64,000 nt of DNA from Lama glama (GCA_028534125.1 CM052817.1:14324001-14388000); one strand, 5' to 3'. Numbered from the stretch's first letter, positions 1 to 12,959 are shown. Numbers and translations: made by a program. The notes: a model not told the origin generated them from the letters alone.

Positions 1-293
1 CTCATGTGTGGTGAGAACTCTAAGATCCACTCTCATCAAATTTCAAGTACAGAATATAATATTATTAACTATAGTCACCATGCTGTATATTAGATCCTCA
101 GAACATATTCATCTTATAACAGAGTTTGTACCCTTTGACAAGCATCTCCCTATTTCCACACACCCCTGGTAATCACCGTTCTATTCTGTTTCTATTAGAT
201 CTGCTTTTTTTCAAAAAGATTCTCCACATAAATGATACCATGCAGTATTTGTTTTTCTCTATCTAGCACATTTCACTTGGCATAATGTCTTCA
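1..293 (-). mobile_element. L1 3'-UTR fragment (L1MA9-like), runs off the window start
   Basis: Antisense L1 3'-UTR motifs ttaactatagtcaccatgctgta..agatcctcagaac..ttcatcttataac and tttcacttggcataatgtc. Confidence 0.85.
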
Positions 294-369
294 CTAAGAA
301 ACATTCTTAGCACATGATTTGTGTACACAGAATGCACACACATACAAATATACAGATAAATAATATGAA

Positions 370-1370
370 TTAATAAGAGATTTGTTTAACAATTGGATAC
401 AAAATCAATTAAAAATTTAATTACATTTATATAAACTGGTCAAAGCCAGAAAACTTATATATTGAGGAAAAATACTTTTTAGGTTAGCAAGAAAAGCAAT
501 AAGATGCCTAGAAGCAAATCTAACAAAAGATATAAAAGCCTTAATAGAGAAAATAAAACTGTTGAAAGGTAATGAAGCCCTCAATAAATGAAGAATCTAT
601 GCTCAAATATAGGAAAATCAATAAATCTCAGTAATGTCTCCCAAGGAACCTAATAAACTTCTTCTAAAACTGATATGGAAAAGAAAAGGGACAAGACTAG
701 TCAAGACTCTTGAAAAGAATGACGTAGAAGATTTTCTAAGCCATAAATAAATATTTTTTAAAAAGTAAAGAAATGATAAGTGATGCATTGTGGCACTGGC
801 TCATGGATGTAGAGAATATAGCGTGGCGAGCTCAAAGACACAGTCAGCACTGTACAGAGACAGGGTGGGATCTGTGGGTTGGAGGAGGAAGGACGGTCTT
901 GGGGCAATTAATTACCCTCTCAACCCAAAACAAATTCCAGGTAAATCAAATTCATAAATATGAAAGGCAAATTGTTTTTAATTTATAGGAATAAAATACA
1001 AAAAGCTTCACTATGAACCTAGAGTAAGATTTTTTTAAATAAGAAACAAAGTGTGAACCATAAAAGACAGTGATATTGTAGAATAGATAACCAAGATTAC
1101 ACTGTATAGCACAGGGAAATATACACAAAATGTTATGATAAATCACAGAGAAAAAAATGTGACAATGAGTGTGTATATGTCCATGAATGACTGAAAAATT
1201 GTGCTGAACAGTGGAATTTGACACAACATTGTAAAATGATTATAAATCAATAAAAAAAAGACAGTGATAAATTCTACTATATAAAAGTTTAAAAAGCGTG
1301 AAAAGATAAATCAGAGATGACAAAAAGCTAGTTAAGTTGATGTTTGACTATTCTGAAAAACTTGATAAGC
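370..1370 (+). mobile_element. Very old L1 (L1ME-like) ORF2 C-terminal remnant, 5' part
   Basis: Degenerate ORF2 motifs (gatacaaaatcaat, aatctaacaaaagat, ttctaaaactgatatggaa, tgtggcactggc); collinear continuation at about 4230. Confidence 0.65.
1076..1255 (+). mobile_element. Young lineage-specific L1 3' tail with perfect 14-bp TSD
   Basis: TSD aaaagacagtgata at 1062-1075 and 1256-1269; ends ttgtaaaatgattataaatcaataaaaa. Confidence 0.92.
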
Positions 1371-1389
1371 AATAATTGAAAAACAACCC

Positions 1390-4215
1390 ACAAGAGAAAA
1401 TAAATTTTTATAGGCCTGTATCCATTAAAGAAATTGGATCAATAATTAACAATTTTCAAAAAAAAAAACAACCCAGAAAGCATCAGGTCCAGATTAGTTC
1501 ACTGGTGAATTCCGCTAAACATTTAAGGAAGACATTATACCAATTTTTCTATGATCCCCTCGGAGAATATAAGCAGACTCATTCTATGAGGCCAGTTTTA
1601 TCCTAATACTAAAACCAGACAAAGACATTATGAGAAAAGAAAACTAGTATTTCTCATGAACATAGATGTGACAATTCTCAACAATATGTCAGCAAATTAA
1701 ATCTAAAAAAGTATAAAAAGAATTATAGCATGTGAGATTTAACCCAGATATGCAAGGCTGGTTCAACATTTGAAAATCAGTTAATGTAATTTATCACATC
1801 AATACACTAAGAAAGAAAACTCACATGAGCATATCAATAGATATAGAAGAAGCATTTGACAAAATCCACCACTCATTCATGACAAAATATATCATAAACT
1901 AGGAAGAGAGAAACTTTCTCAACTTGTTAAAGACAACCTACAAAAAAACGCCACATCTAGCATCATACTTCATGGTGAGAAAATTTAAGCTTTCCCATGA
2001 AGGTCAGATACAAAGGCAAGGATGTTTCCTTTCACCACTCCTTTTCAGTATCTTACTGGCAGTTCTTGCTAATGCAACAAGGTAAGAAAAGCAAATACAA
2101 GGTGTACAGATTGGGAAAGCAGGCACAGAACTGTCTTTGCAGATAATATGATCATCTATGTAAAAATTTCTAAAGAGTCAACAAAAAAATTCTTGGAATT
2201 AATAAGCAATTATAGCAAGGTTACAGGATACAAGATCACTAGTGTGCAAGTCAACTGCTTTCCTATATACCAACAATGAATGAGGGCAGTTTGAAATTAA
2301 AAACACAGCATCATTTACATTAGCACCCCAAAAAGTAAGTCCTTAAGTATAAATCTAATGAAATATGCATAATATCTATATGAGGAAAACTACAAAACTT
2401 TGATGAATGAAATCAAAGAACTAAACAAATGGAGAGATATGCCATGATCATGGATAGGAAGCCTCAATATTGTCAAGATACCTGTTCTTCCCAACTTGAT
2501 CTATAGATTCAATGCAATTCCAATAAAAATTCCAGCAAATTACTTTATGGATATCAACAAATGGATTCTAAAGTTTATACAGAAAGGAAAAAGGCCCAGA
2601 ATTGAATAACAAAACTTGAAGTACTGATGCTATCTAACTTTAAGACTTACCACTCTTCAAAACAGTGTGGTATTGGAAAAAGAACAAACAAACAGATCAG
2701 TGGAACAGAATAGAGAACCCAGAAATAGACCCCCATATTATAGTCAACTGATCTTTGACAACAGAGCAAAGATAGTACAATGGAGCAAAGAGGGTCTCTT
2801 CAACAAATGGTGCTAGAAAAAGTAGACATCCGCATAGAAAAAAAAATCTAAACACAGACATTGTACATTTCACAAAAATGTATTCAAAATGGATCATAGA
2901 TCTAAAATGCAAAATTATTAAACTCCTGGAAAATAACATAGGAGAAAACCTAGATGACCTTGGATATGTATAATGATACCCTTTTAAAACACAACACCAG
3001 AGACATGATCCATAAATGAAATAAGTGATACGTTGAACTTCATTAAAATAAAAAAGCTTCCACTGTGCAAATGACTATGTCAAGAGAAGCAGAAGACAAG
3101 CCACAAACTGTGAGAAAATATTTGCAAAAGATACATCTGATAATGGACAGTTATCCAAAATATACATAGAACTCTTGCTACTCAACAATAAGAAAATCAA
3201 CAATCTGATGAAAATATGGGCAAAAGACCTTAACATTCATCTCATGAAAAGAGTATATAGGTGGCAAATAAGCATATGAAGAGATGACATCATATGTCAT
3301 CAGGAAAATGCAAATTAAAACAACAATAAGATACCATTATATACCTATTAGAATGGCCAAAATTTGGAACACTGACATCACCAAGTCCTGGTGAGGATGT
3401 GGAGCCACGGGAACTCTCATACATTGTTAGTGGGATGGTAAAATGGTACAGCCACTCTCAAAGACAGTTTCTTACTCACTAAACACACTCTTACCATACA
3501 ATCCAGCAATCACTCCTTGGTACTTATTCAAAGGAGTTGAAAACTTACACGTACAGTCAAATCTACAGGGATGTTCATAGCAGTTTTATTCATAACTGCC
3601 AAAACTTGGAAGCAGCCAAGATGTATTTCAGTAGGTGAAAAGATAAATAAACTTTGGTACATCCAGACAATGAAATATTATTCAGTACTAAAAAGAAATG
3701 AGTTATCAATCCATGAAACGACAGAGAGAAAAGTTGAGTGCATACTACTAAGTGAAAGAAGCCAATCCAAGAGGGCTACATACTGTAGGAGTCCCACTAC
3801 GACGTTTGGGGAAAGGCAAAGCTATAGAGACAGTAAAAAACAGTCAGTGGTTGCTAGGGGTGAGAGATGAATAAGCAGAGCACAGAGGGTTTTTAGGGCA
3901 GTGAAAATGCTCCATATGATACATCATGAGGGATCTGTGTCATTATACGTTTGTCCAGACCCATAGAATGTACAGCACTAGGTATGAGCTCTAGGGTATA
4001 ACCTATAGAACTGGGGTGATTAGGTGTCAATGTAGAGTCACCTGTGGTTAAAAAAAAAAAAGTAATGTACTAATCTGTTGAGTGATGTTGACAAAAGGGG
4101 AGGCTCTGTATGTGTGGGTACAGGGGGAATATGGGAACTCTTTGTACCTCCCTCTCAATTTTGCTGTAAACCTAAAACTGCTCCAAAACTTGTCTTATAA
4201 AAACCCAATAAAACT
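1390..4215 (+). mobile_element. 5'-truncated L1MC1-like element (decayed RT, ORF2 C-terminus, 3' UTR)
   Basis: RT-region DNA (atgcaaggctggttcaacat, gcatttgacaaaatcc, gcagataatatgatc); ORF 3571-3870 MFIAVLFITAKTWKQPRC is the ORF2 C-terminus; L1MC1-type end cccatagaatgtaca...caattttgctgtaaacctaaaactgctc. Confidence 0.92.
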
Positions 4216-4229
4216 TTTTAAATGGCCTG

Positions 4230-5010
4230 TCAAAAATAAAAAGACAGCCAATCTCATTAGTAATTTGGTAAATGCAATTTAAATATGAAACATTACCATA
4301 TAATTACTAACGATCTTAAAATTTTTTATGTGTCCAATAGTAAGCATAAATGACCATGTGAATCAATTCAAGCTTTCGGCAGTTACCAAGGGGTGGAGGA
4401 GAATAAAATGGTGCAACAACTTGGGAAAACATTTTAGCATTACAAATTATGTTTTCAACTTTCATACTCTATATCCCGGTAACTCTTCTCTAAAGAAATG
4501 TCTGCACACATGGAGACGTGCATGAAAATGGTCTTTGCTGTTTGTAATGAAAAAGACTAGAAGCAAACCAAATTTTAATCAAAAATAAAATAAATAAATA
4601 AATGGAACGAGGTATATTTATTCCATTCAATACCAAAATTGAATGAACCACAGGTAACGGCTTCAGTATGGAATGACCTCACACACGTAATATTTAGCAA
4701 ATTAAACAGTCACCAAAAATACATATAGTAAAACTCAATTTTATATAGTTCAACTACAGGCAAAACTAAAAATATGTTACTTAGGGATACAGGTATAGGT
4801 GGTGAATCTATAAGGAAAAGCAAGGAAAAATTGAGGGTGGTGGTTAATTTCTGGGGTTACTGGTAGTAAACTCAAACAGGGGCCCCACAAAGGTCCCCTA
4901 AATTACCTACTATGTTTTCCTTTTGAGCTGGAAAGTGGGTACATGGGTTTTCCTTTTGGTAATCTTTAGGTTATACATCATTTAGTATTACATATTTCAT
5001 ATCCAGACAA
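4230..5010 (+). mobile_element. L1ME-like remnant, 3' part (resumes after the L1MC1 insertion)
   Basis: ctcattagtaat..aaatgcaa ORF2-end motifs; L1ME3-type UTR acagggcaaaactaa..ttagggatac..aaggaaaagcaagg. Confidence 0.65.
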
Positions 5011-7454
5011 AAAAATCTGAATTACAGAGAGAATTGCATCCAAAGGACTCAGCTGCACTTCTTGATGACATGCCCTTTCTTCCGTAGACACCCTGGAAAA
5101 ACCCAATTACTGGACATCAACAGCTTCTGCCCTGAAAGTAAAGAGGAGGAGGGAGATAACTGCCTCACCTTACCTGTGACTGAGGAGCTACAGCCTGCTG
5201 CGAAAACCCAGGTGTTCAACGGTGCCAAGACATGTCCTATTTTTCCAAGTTTTAACCCAAGAGAAGGATGTTGACACTTAGCACATTTTATTCTACTTCA
5301 TCGTGCATTTCCAGGAAAAACAAACAAACAAACAAACAAATTTTAAAATAAATCACAAAACTTGGCTATTGGTAAACTTGCAGTTAACTGGATCTCTACT
5401 ATCACACTGTTTTTACATGACACCTTATCTCACACTGTAAAAGGAACGGTTCCCTAAAGAAAAGGGGAACGTTACGGGAAAGAGAAATAAAAAGTCCCTT
5501 GTCAAAAAGCAAAGAAACTTCTTCCCAGAAAACCCTAACACATACTTTCTGGACTCAGTTAGTTCCAGAGCCCTGAAAATAGCTCTGTGGTCAGAGCCTT
5601 GGATGTACGAATGGCCTTAATCCAAGAGCTGGAGGGAGGTCTCTTTTCCCAAGCACAGAGGTTTTGTGGAAGATTTAGAAGCTCAAACACAAGCTGGGAT
5701 AAATACCAAGAGACAAGGGCAAAGATAACAAACAGACCCCCCAAAATTGACAACTATCCACTTTGAGGGTTTCCAAAGATTTTCCCTTTCTCCTCTACAG
5801 CTCAGAAGCATAACTAAGTAATTCAATTATGATGCAGCCATAGAAATTATTCAAAATGAGCTTGCCCCCAAATGTAAATTCATTTAATTGAGATGGCACA
5901 ACGACAGAAAGAAAATTTTATACACTGGATTTCTGGACCCTGAAAGTTGATCATCTGCTGCCGCTCGTGAACAGGCTTTTCTTAGAAACACCATCAATTA
6001 TTCTACCAAAAGAATGTCTTCAATTCTTTTGGGCAGCACTGGGCCAATTATCTCCAGGCACATTTTTCTCCCTATGCCTGTCATTTTGTGGAATTATATT
6101 AAATTTTGTTAAAAGCATTCCATAAATAATGAATTAGGACAAAAATAATTCATTACTCACTTAAGTGCCATAAAATATTGAATACAAAATTTAAAGATGA
6201 AAAAGTAATTTCTAATTCACATACTTTACACCAGATAATAAGGCCTGCATCTTCTGCTGTGCTGTGGAAAAGAAGATATTCCACTTGATTATGTCCTTTC
6301 AGGCTCCAGAGGGCAGAAGAAGGTTGGGGTGGGGGGCAAATTCTTTTTATCCTCACCCCCACCCCTGACCAGCAACAGGAACTAAGAGGAACCCATGAAA
6401 GTGACATGAGGAAAAGTCAGGAGACCAGGGTTCCGGGTCTTTTTATGCCAACCTCATTATTTCTGTTATCTGGAAGAACTGTTCACACTCTCATACTGTA
6501 AAAGCGGAGCTACTTCAGTGGGCGATCCCTAAGGCCCCTTCCTGGACTAGTACCACATGGGTACATGACATGACCCTTCCCCTGGGAGGGCAGGGTCTCA
6601 TGGAGAACCTTCTCATCTCAGCTAAGTAAGAGTGAAATTCCTTCCTTAGTGAATTTCATCCATGTATTCTGGTTACCTGCTAGTTTATCCTCATTTTATA
6701 TCTCCTGATACGTAATATTATGATCATACAACCCTTTTCTGAATTCATATTGGACTACACTTCAAATGTTGATATCATTTGCAACACTGTTCAGCCAGCA
6801 GTGTCAAATTCTATGCTGAATTGCCCACCATTCCCCATTGGCCAGTTTAGAAAGGTATCAACATTTATACCTATAAGGAAGTAATTTAAATACAGTTTGG
6901 GGTTTGGTATCCACAGGTTAAAAAAAATACCTCTGCACTTTCTCAGTGTACTACAAAATGATTTCCCACATTATACTGGATCAAAGTATGAACAAAATTA
7001 CACTTGAATATCTTATATTCCTATTATCCATGATAGTTGCACAATATTTACTGCTGTACATGATTTTATATGAATTCCTTTCCATCAAATAGTTAAGTTA
7101 CTTAAAATATAGTAGGCAAGAGAAAAAGTTATTTTTAAGTTATTTTAAGGACAGAGTTCCTTGAATTAAGTCAAAATTATCCTTCAGAAAGCAATATGAC
7201 TAACAGTTTAGAGGAAGATAAAAGGCTCTGTTTCTTTGAAAGTTATATTCCCTCAACACTGTTCTATTAAATTTAAGTTATTCAGTATATATAACTAGGT
7301 AGATATCCTAGCGCTTACATTCACATGGAAAATGTAATTGAATGAATAATAAATCAAAATTAAATCTTAATAAGTAACATCACATTCTGTTGGAATTTGC
7401 AGGCTATTTTTTAAACTAGACAATAATTTATCTGTATTAAAGGTCATGTGATGC

Positions 7455-7749
7455 CAAACACAGTGAACAGTCTTATGGTTACGGGGTAGGGAGGAAGGGG
7501 TAGAAAGGGATAAACTGGGAATTTGAAATTTGCAGATACTAACTACTGTATATAAAATAGAAAAATGGCAAGTTTCTACTGTATAGTACAGGGAACTATA
7601 TTCAGTATCTTGTAATAACCTATGATGAAAAAGAATATGAAAATGAATATTGGTGTGTATATGTATGACTGAAACATTATGCTGTACACCAGAAATTGAC
7701 ACATTATAAACTGACTATACTTCAATAAAAAAATTTAAAAATTTAAAAA
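7455..7749 (+). mobile_element. Young (camelid-type) L1 3' tail with 17-bp TSD
   Basis: TSD taaag(g/t)tcatgtgatgc at 7438-7454 and 7750-7766; gggataaactggga..ttgcagatactaac..tgctgtacaccagaaattgacac followed by an A-tail. Confidence 0.92.
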
Positions 7750-8399
7750 TAAAGTTCATGTGATGCAACCAGACTATTACAAAAATCTGAAGTTACATAC
7801 CTCTAAATCTTCTAGAGGAATTTTTCTAAATGCCAAACAGGTATTTGAAGACTACACGATAACATACATGAGCCGACTGATCTCCTCCATCTTTATACAA
7901 AAGAGAGAATACTCACATTCTTGCACAAGTACATTCTTCTTTGAAAAACATAAACCAGTACTGAGCACAAACTCAAGTCTGGCATGGGACAAAACAGCTG
8001 CAGGATAAAGAGCTATCATGTGGGTTAGTATGCACATAAAATGCCTTAAATCTCCATTTCAGATTATGTAGAGATTACCCCTCCCTACTCTGCACCCTGC
8101 TGCTCTCACAGATTCCAGGACAGCTTAGCTTCCTGGTCAGGAGCTTGCTTCCCAACAAATTTTTGTGGCTTTGGTGGAGCTCTCTTCTACTGTTACCATA
8201 CCTTACTCCATGTTGATTCTCCACCTTTCCAAAGAACCATGAACTTGGGGTCATTATGCACCACAGACTTGTAGGGCAGGTTCAGGGTATTAGAGAAAAG
8301 TTAGGGCATGGTAAGCACAGGCAGCAACTCAAAAGAGAACATTCTATACGACTGTGCTAACAGAAGTTAAAAATTCACGTCTCGGACAGAGTGGCTCAT

Positions 8400-8865
8400 C
8401 GTGGTGCGTATCTGTGCTTTCCTCTGTCCCGCTTGCATTCCTCCTTCTAAAAATGGCTCTGCAATTTTGCCTCGGGAAACTATCTCCCTACGCCTACCAC
8501 TGAATAATATGTTGGTCAGGGAGTTTTTCTTTTCCAGGCCAAGGAGTGAACATATGACCCAGGTTAGGCTTTGAAATGATATTCTCTCAAACCTTTTCAC
8601 CAGAATTTGAACCTTGAGCAGAGTGACACAAAGATCTGAAATGGCCAGCACTGACCTCCCTGGTGACATCCTGGGGACGCTATACATGAGATCTTGATAC
8701 CCAGATCTTCACAAAGGTTTGGTCTTTGTCCTTTTCAAAGCCAATGTCTCAGAATTTTCTTCAATTCTGTGAGTTACTTTGTCTTATCAACAAATTCCAT
8801 TATTGCTTATGTCATGCACCCACCACTGTCTATCGCTTACAACCCAATCACACCAACTGATCTCA
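8400..8865 (+). mobile_element. Old ERVL/MaLR-class solo LTR (LTR16-like)
   Basis: Motifs catatgacccaggttagg, ctgtgagttac..caacaaattcc..ttgctta, and a terminal gcttacaacccaa..actgat. Confidence 0.5.
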
Positions 8866-9731
8866 TTGAGAAACTTTCCTAACAGAGAAACACTTGCTCT
8901 GAAATTGTTACTACCTGGTAGCATATGAAAGAAATCAGTATAAATTACCTTTTATTTGTCTCTCAAATGCTTGTTTCATACATATTTTAAATAACTGTGA
9001 AAATTATTGTTTCTACTGAAGCTGTCCTTTTAAAGGAAGACCTCTGAGGTATGTTCTGTCTTTAATTTGTATAATGCTCATGAACTAAGGCGGTGATCCT
9101 CAACGTTTATAAAGTTCGAACAGTCTATCATCTTACTTTCTTAGATCATTGCGTTTAACAAGGTCCATACAGATCATTTAACCCAAACTCAGCAACTCGA
9201 AAGAAATTCTTTCCATGCTATTCTTAATAAATGGTCGATTGGTCTCTTTTTAAACCCTCATTAATTTCTTTGATAATCCATTCCATTTTAGGTGGAATCT
9301 TATCATGAGAACATTCTTCCTTATGTGGAGATAGAATGTGATTTGCCATCATATTCCCCCTCTTCACATCTCTTTTCCCCTTCACACACCCTGGAATGTC
9401 TGCCTCTAGATTCTATTTCTGCATGAGTGACGTCTTCCATCTGGCCATTCTTCAGTGATTTCAAGATGGCTATCCAATTTTATGGAACATATCCCTGTGC
9501 TCCTAAAATTATTCCATGCATATGACTGAACCATATGAGATCTACAGGTCGAATGGTCGTTTGAAATTTTCTGAAGAGTCCTTAAAATAAATGGATGCCC
9601 ACACTGTCAAAAGTCCAGGACGGAGATTTTTAAAAATAAGCTCTAAGATAAGTGAGTTGTATGTAAAATGCTACAATGGTTTCTTTTTTAAAAGTGTCCA
9701 CTTCTACTGTGCTTAGAAGTATCTGGAAACA

Positions 9732-10058
9732 GGAAGAGAAAGAAAAATATCATATGATATCGCTTATTTGTAGAATGGTAAAAAAAAAAAAAAAGACACA
9801 AACTTATCTACAAAACAGAAACTGACTCATAGACATAGAGAACAACTTATAATTACCAGGGTGTAAAGGCGGTGGGAAGGGATAAACTGGTTATTCAAAA
9901 TCTGCACCTCCTGGGGAGTGATGGAAATGTTAGCTATCTTGACGGTGATGGTGGTTTCAGTGGTGTACACATGTATCAAAATTCATCAAATTGTGTATCT
10001 GAAATATGTGTAATTTACTGTACAGGAATCATACTATAATAAAGGTTTTTAAAAAAAG
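9732..10058 (+). mobile_element. L1 3' fragment with chimeric tail
   Basis: Young-type UTR up to tctgca (9906), then an older-type end tgatggaaatgtt..caaaattcatcaaattgt..aataaag. Confidence 0.75.
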
Positions 10059-10649
10059 ATTCTCTGAAAACAAAGTATTGTTGTAACTTCTGGCTGTCAA
10101 AAGTTATTTTTTTTTCCCAGCAGTAAATTAAGGAAAACCTGTGTAGTCAGAAACTACAGGGACTCCCCTCCTTTTTGTAGGGATTCCTCTCTTAGGAGTT
10201 GACAGCAGTCACATGAAACCATGTACCTTGGCAGAATCTGTGTATACAAAAAAGTAAACAGTTTTGAAAATGTGCTGGGATAAATTATTCATCAATAAAA
10301 TGACTCATCTGATAATTCAGACCCTCAAATAATTCATGTCTTGATAACTTTCAAAAAATAGCTATAATGTAGAAATCTGATTCAGAGTTAACTAACAATT
10401 TCTCAAATGTCTACCATGTATGTATTCTGATAACAGGTTTCTCCTACTTTACCTCATTACAAATTCGACCTGCCTTTTAAAAGTGCAAATACTTTTATAC
10501 TAGATGTTTGGAGCTCCACCGAGATGCTTTTACTTTTTCTAAACATTCTATATTGCAATTCCAATCTGGTATATATTTTCACCTACCACAAACTTCTGGA
10601 TTTGCCTCTGAATAGGACTCATTACTCCAATGTAACTCTCCCCAATATT

Positions 10650-10880
10650 GAGGGAGAATTATATGATGATTACAAGAGCAGGGTTTGAGTTAAAACAGCT
10701 TGGGCTTCCATCCAGGCTCTGCCATTTCTATTCCTCTCTGTACTTCAATCTTCTCATCTATAAGTGAAGACAGACATAGTACCAAATTCATAAGATTTGT
10801 GAAGATTTAGAGATAACTGACTGTAAGGTATATAGAATTGTCCCTGGCACTTAATTAGTGCTCAATAAAAATTAATGTTC
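10650..10880 (+). mobile_element. MIR SINE
   Basis: atccaggctctgccattt..cttctcatctataa..cctggcacttaattagtgctcaataaa. Confidence 0.75.
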
Positions 10881-11164
10881 CATACTATGTCTTAATAGTA
10901 AGAAACTCTTTTTATCCAAAAAGAAAAATTTTTGTTTTACATGATTTCAAAGTGGATGTTATTAAAATCCTCATAGAAAAGCTAATAGCCTCAAAATCCC
11001 ACAAAATATGTTCTTATATATTGTCTCATAATTCATACAATCATGCCAATTAATTATATAAAATATTACTCACTTCAGTTACTATCTTTTGAAATCTAAA
11101 TCAACACTTAATAATAACTATTGCTATTTATTGTAAGAATGGGAAGAAAAAAACTCAACTCCAA

Positions 11165-11360
11165 AAATAATTACCATTTCTTGAACACCTTCTATATTCC
11201 AGATACCTCATCGAGGGCTTTATTTCATTTAATCTTCCAACAGCATTATGAGACTGGTATTTCAGTTTCCTGGATGAGGAAACCAAGGCTTAGACTGCAC
11301 GCTAACAAGGAACAGAGCTAGGCTTTGAACCTGATCTCATGTCAAAGCTCATTTAGTTCC
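11165..11360 (-). mobile_element. MIR SINE
   Basis: tcatttaatcttccaacag..gatgaggaaaccaaggcttag..tttgaacc. Confidence 0.75.
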
Positions 11361-12007
11361 TCACTAAAAGGTATAAATCTAAAACCTTATAATAGTGTAA
11401 ACTTCATTAAAGAGGCGCCAGCATGTGTTGATGACATTAATCTACCAAGAAACTACCTTCAAAATTAGTTTCCAAGTAATATGCTCCCCAAGTCAAATGG
11501 TTACGTTTAGAAGATGGGAATACATACTGGTTATTTAAGTTAACTATTTATATATTACCTGCTTGAGTTGACTGGCAACCCAACGAATTTTATATACACA
11601 ATAGACAGGTCTAGTTATACCCAACATCCTACTACCAGGACCTTGGATATGACTTTCTCTGTATTTTTCACAAAATACAAATTCTAGTTCTGAATTCTAA
11701 ATTATTTATGTCCAAGTGAGAATTTCAAGAAGTTGCTTCACATGTGGTGTAAAAGTAGTTTATGGTGAAGGCACTCAATCAAAATGTTTATTGTACCAGG
11801 ATAGGTCACTTATAACTGAATGAAGTCTCAAGTTTTCAGTATTCACTCAGTTATCTGACCTTGAAAAATAAAAACGCTCTTGAGTAACAATCTAAGAGTA
11901 AAGACAGCATATCATGGTACTATTTTATTTATGAGGAGGTCAGCTTCCACCCCCTTTTCCTGTTTAGAAAAGCTACAAATTAGAATTTTTAAAAAAAAGC
12001 CTTTCAA

Positions 12008-12430
12008 GGGGAGGGATAATCTAGGAGTGTAGGATTAACACACACACTATACATAAAATAGATAAACAACAAGGATTTACTGTATAGACAGGGAACTATA
12101 TTCAATATCTTGTAATAACCTATAATGGAAAAGAATCTGAATTATATATATCTGACTCACTTTGCTATACACCTGAAACTAATATAATGTTGTAACTCAA
12201 CTGTACTTTGATAATTAAAAAAAAAAACCAAAATTTACATCTTTCTTAAAAGTCTAGCTTCAAATATTGTATCACTTCATGTATTCTACAGGGACAACAA
12301 TATATTCCCAATATTTCTCCCTGTATCATTTATGATTTACATATACTACAAATGCACAATGTATTGCTACTATTTTTGCTTTATCTTTTAGAAGCAATTA
12401 AAAGTAAGAAAAGGAAAAAGAAAAAAAAAT
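12008..12430 (+). mobile_element. Cetartiodactyl-type L1 3' tail (12008-12227) plus probable 3'-transduced segment and second A-tail
   Basis: aaaatagataaacaacaagga..gggaactatattcaatatcttgtaataacctataatggaaaagaatctga; flanking agcctttcaa (11998-12007) and agcctctcaa (12431-12440). Confidence 0.8.
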
Positions 12431-12959
12431 AGCCTCTCAAAGCAAGCAATGGCAAAAGTAGCCAAGAAAAATAGAGATGAGCGAATCAAATTTTCATGGT
12501 TTGTTTGAAGTTAACTGCCATCTTGGGAGAATGTTCTCACTGGCTGACAAAGCCAAGTCAAGAAGTGTAGAAGGGTCATAAGGAGAACAGGGAGAAGATC
12601 TGAAAGGAGTAGGGGGAACAGGAAAGTAGAAAAGAGAAAAGATGAGCCTAGAGCTGAAGTGCCCAATGACATGAGCCAGAGGGACACTTTCAAACCCGTA
12701 ATGGGAACAGCAAAATGCAGACCAACTTGACATGATTAACAGAAATAGCTGGAAGGAGAGAGAAAGAATAGGACAATTGCAGCGTATGTAACTGGAGGTC
12801 TTCAGTAAATGGATACGGTAGCCTTGAACACTGCAATAAGCTCTCAGGATGCTGCTCTATTATATTTAGTACTTTGGAGAAAATGCCCATACAGCTCATA
12901 ACTCCCCGGGCTTGTACCCAGACATTCAGGGGTGCACCTGAATGGAAAAAATCTGGACT

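Noticed and set aside
2697..3870. ORFs 2697-2939 and 3571-3870 as genes
   Set aside because: Antisense and sense readings of decayed L1 ORF2 with many stops and frameshifts.
5174..5236. 63-nt minus-strand exon candidate with CAG|GTAAGG donor
   Set aside because: The acceptor is purine-rich (ggaaaaatag), and the next acceptor is only about 42 nt downstream, too short for an intron.
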